64,000 nucleotides of DNA, taken from assembly GCA_963755715.1 (NCBI GenBank), contig CAVWLW010000033.1, positions 1 through 64,000 of the forward strand, read 5' to 3'. Each line of letters opens with the position of its first letter. The first letter of the stretch is position 1. The notes under the pieces were generated by a model. The model was not told the origin of the DNA. It did not search any database and saw nothing but the letters and a program-made list of their open reading frames with translations. A program made the translations under genes and the position numbers. This DNA is from an uncultured delta proteobacterium (GTDB lineage Bacteria; Desulfobacterota; Binatia; UBA9968). Shown here piece after piece: positions 60,540 through 64,000 of the stretch.

Positions 60540-60878
60540 CTAGCGCATAAAAAAGCCGCTCAACATATAGCTGAAAACAACCATCGACGCTATCGGTACG
60601 GCCCAGGACCAACCGGACCAGAGCCGTTGCGCGAGCCGTTCGGGCATGAATCGAGCCAGAGTCGCCGCCGCGAAGGCGACAATGGCGGCTGTCGCTATCC
60701 AGCCGTACCAATACATGGCGGGACCGTCGCGCGGCGGCTGTACCAGCGGGCCGAATTCTTCGAGCGCCGGGTGATAAGTGAACAGCGCATAATTATTTTG
60801 CACCGCGATTAGATAACTGACTGAGTAAACTACGGTGAACACGACGGCACTGGAATGGAACGAGCGCGACGCGATCAT
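60540..60878 (-). CDS. Hypothetical membrane protein (3 TM)
   Basis: LFTYHP, GPAMYWYGW; 4-nt overlap with the upstream gene. Confidence 0.7.
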   Translation of the reverse strand: MIASRSFHSSAVVFTVVYSVSYLIAVQNNYALFTYHPALEEFGPLVQPPRDGPAMYWYGWIATAAIVAFAAATLARFMPERLAQRLWSGWSWAVPIASMVVFSYMLSGFFMR

Positions 60879-61339
60879 GATCCGAATCCTCTGATGTTGT
60901 TAAGAATATGTCCGACCAAAAAGCTCCACCACACGATAAACGCAAAGGTTGCGGTGATGACGGCGCGGGCGCGGGTCTCGCTTTCGGCCAGCGGTTGGCG
61001 CCAGAAGGACCAGTAAGCGGGGAGCATGCCCAGCCCCAGCGCGACGAAATGCTCTTTCAATTCGAATGCACCGTTGGCCTTCCACAAATCCAACTGCTCG
61101 AGCACGACGCGAACAGCCATGCGATATTCGCCGTAGATGATGCCTCCAAGGATCGCCGTGGCGACGTACAGAAAAATGATCGCCGAAACGTAGGACGGCG
61201 CGGACACGGCGCGCACGCGACCGACGAATGAGTCGGCGGTTTTGCGCGCCGGCACCAGGACACTGATGGCCTGGTGTGTGATCGAGCCGAGCAGCGCCAC
61301 CGCCAACAGACCGTGCACGATGAGCAAAAAGGTCGTCAT
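60875..61339 (-). CDS. Hypothetical 4-TM membrane protein with His residues in or near TM segments
   Basis: VHG...THQ, FELKEHF, GHILNN; GAGGAG RBS. Confidence 0.75.
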   Translation of the reverse strand: MTTFLLIVHGLLAVALLGSITHQAISVLVPARKTADSFVGRVRAVSAPSYVSAIIFLYVATAILGGIIYGEYRMAVRVVLEQLDLWKANGAFELKEHFVALGLGMLPAYWSFWRQPLAESETRARAVITATFAFIVWWSFLVGHILNNIRGFGS

Positions 61340-61520
61340 GAAGATTTCTCCTCGGCGTTCCCGCTGAGCGTTCCATACTCCGGTCCCGGTTCGATGTCTA
61401 GCCCATCGTCTATCATTACGGCGGAGGCGCCACGAAAAACAAGTTGCGCACAGATAAAAGAGCGGGTTCTTGTCGCTTGCGGCGCCATGATGTACTAGAG
61501 GAAGAAAGCGAGCTGGTTAT

Positions 61521-61976
61521 ATGGTGTTGATTAATCGTCGCACGTTGCGCATTGAATGGGGTCAGTGCGATCCCGCCGGGATCGTTTTTTATCCGCAATA
61601 CCTGATCATCTTCGACACCAGCACCGGCTGCTTGTTCGAGCGCACCGGCTTGACGCCTTCGGCGATGCGTAAAAAGTATCGCATCGTCGGCATGCCGATC
61701 GTCGAAGTGGGAGCGCGCTTTGTCATGCCCTGCCGATTCGACGACGACATCGTCGTCGAGAGCGAGGTTGGTGAGTGGGGCCGCAGCAGTTTTACGGTGC
61801 GGCATCGGATTGTCAAAGCCGGCGAGCTGGCGCTGGACGGTTTTGAGAAACGGGTTTGGGCGGCCGCAGATCCTGAACGCCTGGGCGCGATCAAGGCGCA
61901 AGCAGTGCCGGCGGAAATCATCGCGAGTCTATCCGATCCGAGCGGCGCGACAACTATAAAATTGGATCAAGCATAA
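61521..61976 (+). CDS. Acyl-CoA thioesterase (4-hydroxybenzoyl-CoA thioesterase hotdog family)
   Basis: IEWGQCDPAGIVFYP, P.RFDD, GRSSF. Confidence 0.9.
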   Translation: MVLINRRTLRIEWGQCDPAGIVFYPQYLIIFDTSTGCLFERTGLTPSAMRKKYRIVGMPIVEVGARFVMPCRFDDDIVVESEVGEWGRSSFTVRHRIVKAGELALDGFEKRVWAAADPERLGAIKAQAVPAEIIASLSDPSGATTIKLDQA

Positions 61977-61989
61977 TGGAGGCGGAACG

Positions 61990-62971
61990 ATGGAAACGTT
62001 AGCGTCTAACGTAACGGATCAAGTTGCTTCGACAAAACAACCGCGTTTCTCCGGCATGAGTCATGTGAGTTTGCCGTGCCGGAATCTTGAACGAGTCGAA
62101 GCTTTTCTATTCGCAAGTGATGGGTGGCGAGCTGTTCCACGAGATCGCCGGCTTCGTCGAGTACCGGATAGCAGACATCGTCATTGGGCTGTCCGAGCAG
62201 GAGGAGGGCTGGACCGGTCCGGACGACGAATATCCGCACTACGCTTTTTATCTCGACGGACAAAATTTCGAGCTAATGAAGAAATGGCTCGATCGCTACG
62301 CTGTGCCGAATTATCCTTACCGGCGTGACCAGACCGCGCTGATTTATTTTCGCGATCCATCGGGAAATCTTTTCGAGCTTTACTGTGACCGCGGCTATGA
62401 AGGCATCGAGTCTTTGCCATTGGCGCCGCGAAGGGGAGGGCCGGCGATCGATTTTCGCCGGCTCAATTATGTGTGGAATCATGGATACGCCGGGTCCGGC
62501 GTCGATCCCGAGATTCAGAAGCCGCAGCTCAGCGCTTTTGCGCACGCCAGCCTTTTCTGCGCCGATCTCGAACAGGCGAAGCGCTTCTTCACCCAAGTGC
62601 TCGGCGGCGAGCTGATTCACGATGTCGACGGCTTCGCCGAAGTGCGCGTCGCCGGGATCATCATCGGTCTCACGGTTCGGCCCGGGCGCACTACGGCGCG
62701 CAATGCCGAATTTCCCCATTATGCGTTTTTCGCGGAAGCAGAAGATTTTCTGCCGATGGTGGCATGGCTTCGTCAAAACGGGGTCGTCACGACCGAGCCG
62801 TGGACACGCGATGGCGTCAAAGGCCTTCTTTATTTTCGCGATCCGGCGGGAAATCTCTTCGAGATGTATTGCCGTCAAATCAAAGACGCAGCGAGCTTCG
62901 CGCGCGGCGCGAAGCAAGGCGGTAACTACACGATCGACCTTGCGGCGTTGGAGTATCGCTGGCCTAGTTAG
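61990..62971 (+). CDS. Tandem two-domain VOC-family protein (frameshift near 62091)
   Basis: Two repeats of H.SL.C.L..K.F..V.GG...PHYAF...YFRDP.GNLFE. Confidence 0.85.
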
Positions 62972-63108
62972 ATTAGGAAGACAAAGCAGGAAATTAGAAA
63001 AACTACCGAGCTCTGCGCGAACCGCGCAAATACCCGCCAATATTCGATCTCGCACCGGGCTCCCGCCGCGCCATTCAATTCGGATTAAGGCCGCTTGTTT
63101 TCGAAATT

Positions 63109-64000
63109 TTACGCTGACGCGCGGGTCAGTTGGTTCGATTCGCTTATTTTCGGCGCCGGCAAAGAGCTATCGTCGGCAGTGAGCTGAACCAATTGCGATA
63201 ATTGGTCGCGCGCTTCGCTCAATGTAGCGACCACCCGGTCGGCACCGACCGAAGTCAAAGAAGCCTGCGCATATTCCAAACTTCCGGAAAAATTCCAGCG
63301 GCCGACGAGGATTTTGACGTCGGCGCAACGGGCGCGGATTCTCTTGCAAAGATAACGGGCTTGCACCAGACCGCCGGGCGCGATCGCGCCGATACAAACC
63401 AGCCGCGGCTGCTTCTCTTCGACCAGCGCAACCACTTCGGCGGCGAGCATATTTGGCGAGGCGACGTCGATCGGATAACGGCGTGAATCGAGAAGCTTTT
63501 CGAGCGCAAGCAAGGCGATTTCGTCGGCCTCTCCGTCGGCGGGGAAAGCGAATATTTGAAAAACCTGGTCTGGCGGAGGAGCGGCCGGTTCGACCGATTC
63601 GGTCTTCTTTTCCGGCGATTTTTTAGCCGCGGCTTGTCGGTCGTCGAGATCTTCCAAGATTGCCCGGGTGCCATCGTGAACCGATTTCTGGTCTTTCTCG
63701 CTCAACTGATCACGGCGCCGGTCGCTCTTGCCCCGGCTCAAAGCCGGTATGAAAACGTCGTCGCAAAGCTCTGCGATCGAGTGGGTTTGCAAATATTCCT
63801 CGACGATTTCTTCGCCTTCGTCCTGATCGCTTGCCAACATGCGCTGATAGAAGTTGACGTAGGTTTCCAATGCCGGCGCATCGCTCAGCAGCACCGTCAC
63901 GAAGGCCATCTCTGGAACATATTTGGCGAACACCACCAAGCACACCGTGAGCGGCGTCGCCAAGACGAGCCCGACCGGTCCCCATAGCCAGGTCCAGAAT
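63109..64000 (-). CDS. AI-2E-family transporter, C-terminal part (5' end outside the window)
   Basis: FWTWLWGPVGLVLATPLTVCLVV, FYQRMLA.D; C-terminal Rossmann-like tail with ILVGRW. Confidence 0.85.
   Translation of the reverse strand, partial: FWTWLWGPVGLVLATPLTVCLVVFAKYVPEMAFVTVLLSDAPALETYVNFYQRMLASDQDEGEEIVEEYLQTHSIAELCDDVFIPALSRGKSDRRRDQLSEKDQKSVHDGTRAILEDLDDRQAAAKKSPEKKTESVEPAAPPPDQVFQIFAFPADGEADEIALLALEKLLDSRRYPIDVASPNMLAAEVVALVEEKQPRLVCIGAIAPGGLVQARYLCKRIRARCADVKILVGRWNFSGSLEYAQASLTSVGADRVVATLSEARDQLSQLVQLTADDSSLPAPKISESNQLTRASA

Overview
A GC-rich bacterial chromosomal window. Gene content and intergenic repeat types resemble Deltaproteobacteria-like or Candidatus Binatia-type soil genomes (inference only). 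From left to right: (1) tRNA-Glu, tRNA-Gln, gltX and a divergent glnS; (2) a FadL / small HTH / FabF / 7TM-GAF histidine kinase / pseudo-regulator / sigma54 activator / hybrid kinase signalling block; (3) a pyrimidine or N-heterocycle metabolism region with pyrR, pyrE, amidohydrolases, an amidase plus small partner, a three-subunit xanthine-dehydrogenase-family enzyme, GntR, ABC components and UbiD; (4) small accessory genes; (5) an unusual redox operon with a cupin, an IspH-fold Fe-S protein with a remodelled active site, a Cys3Asp ferredoxin, a deviant ornithine-cyclodeaminase-family protein, an unannotated AhpD-like gene with an in-frame TGA in a CxxU motif and a SECIS-like hairpin, GST, DinB and an LLM monooxygenase; (6) four exported CxxCH beta-propeller proteins with nearby His-rich membrane proteins. 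About ten genes, including glnS, carry 1-2 bp frameshifts, most likely assembly errors, so several genes were reconstructed across frames. No CRISPR array, integrase or intact transposase was seen. All family assignments come from motif recognition by eye, not database searches.
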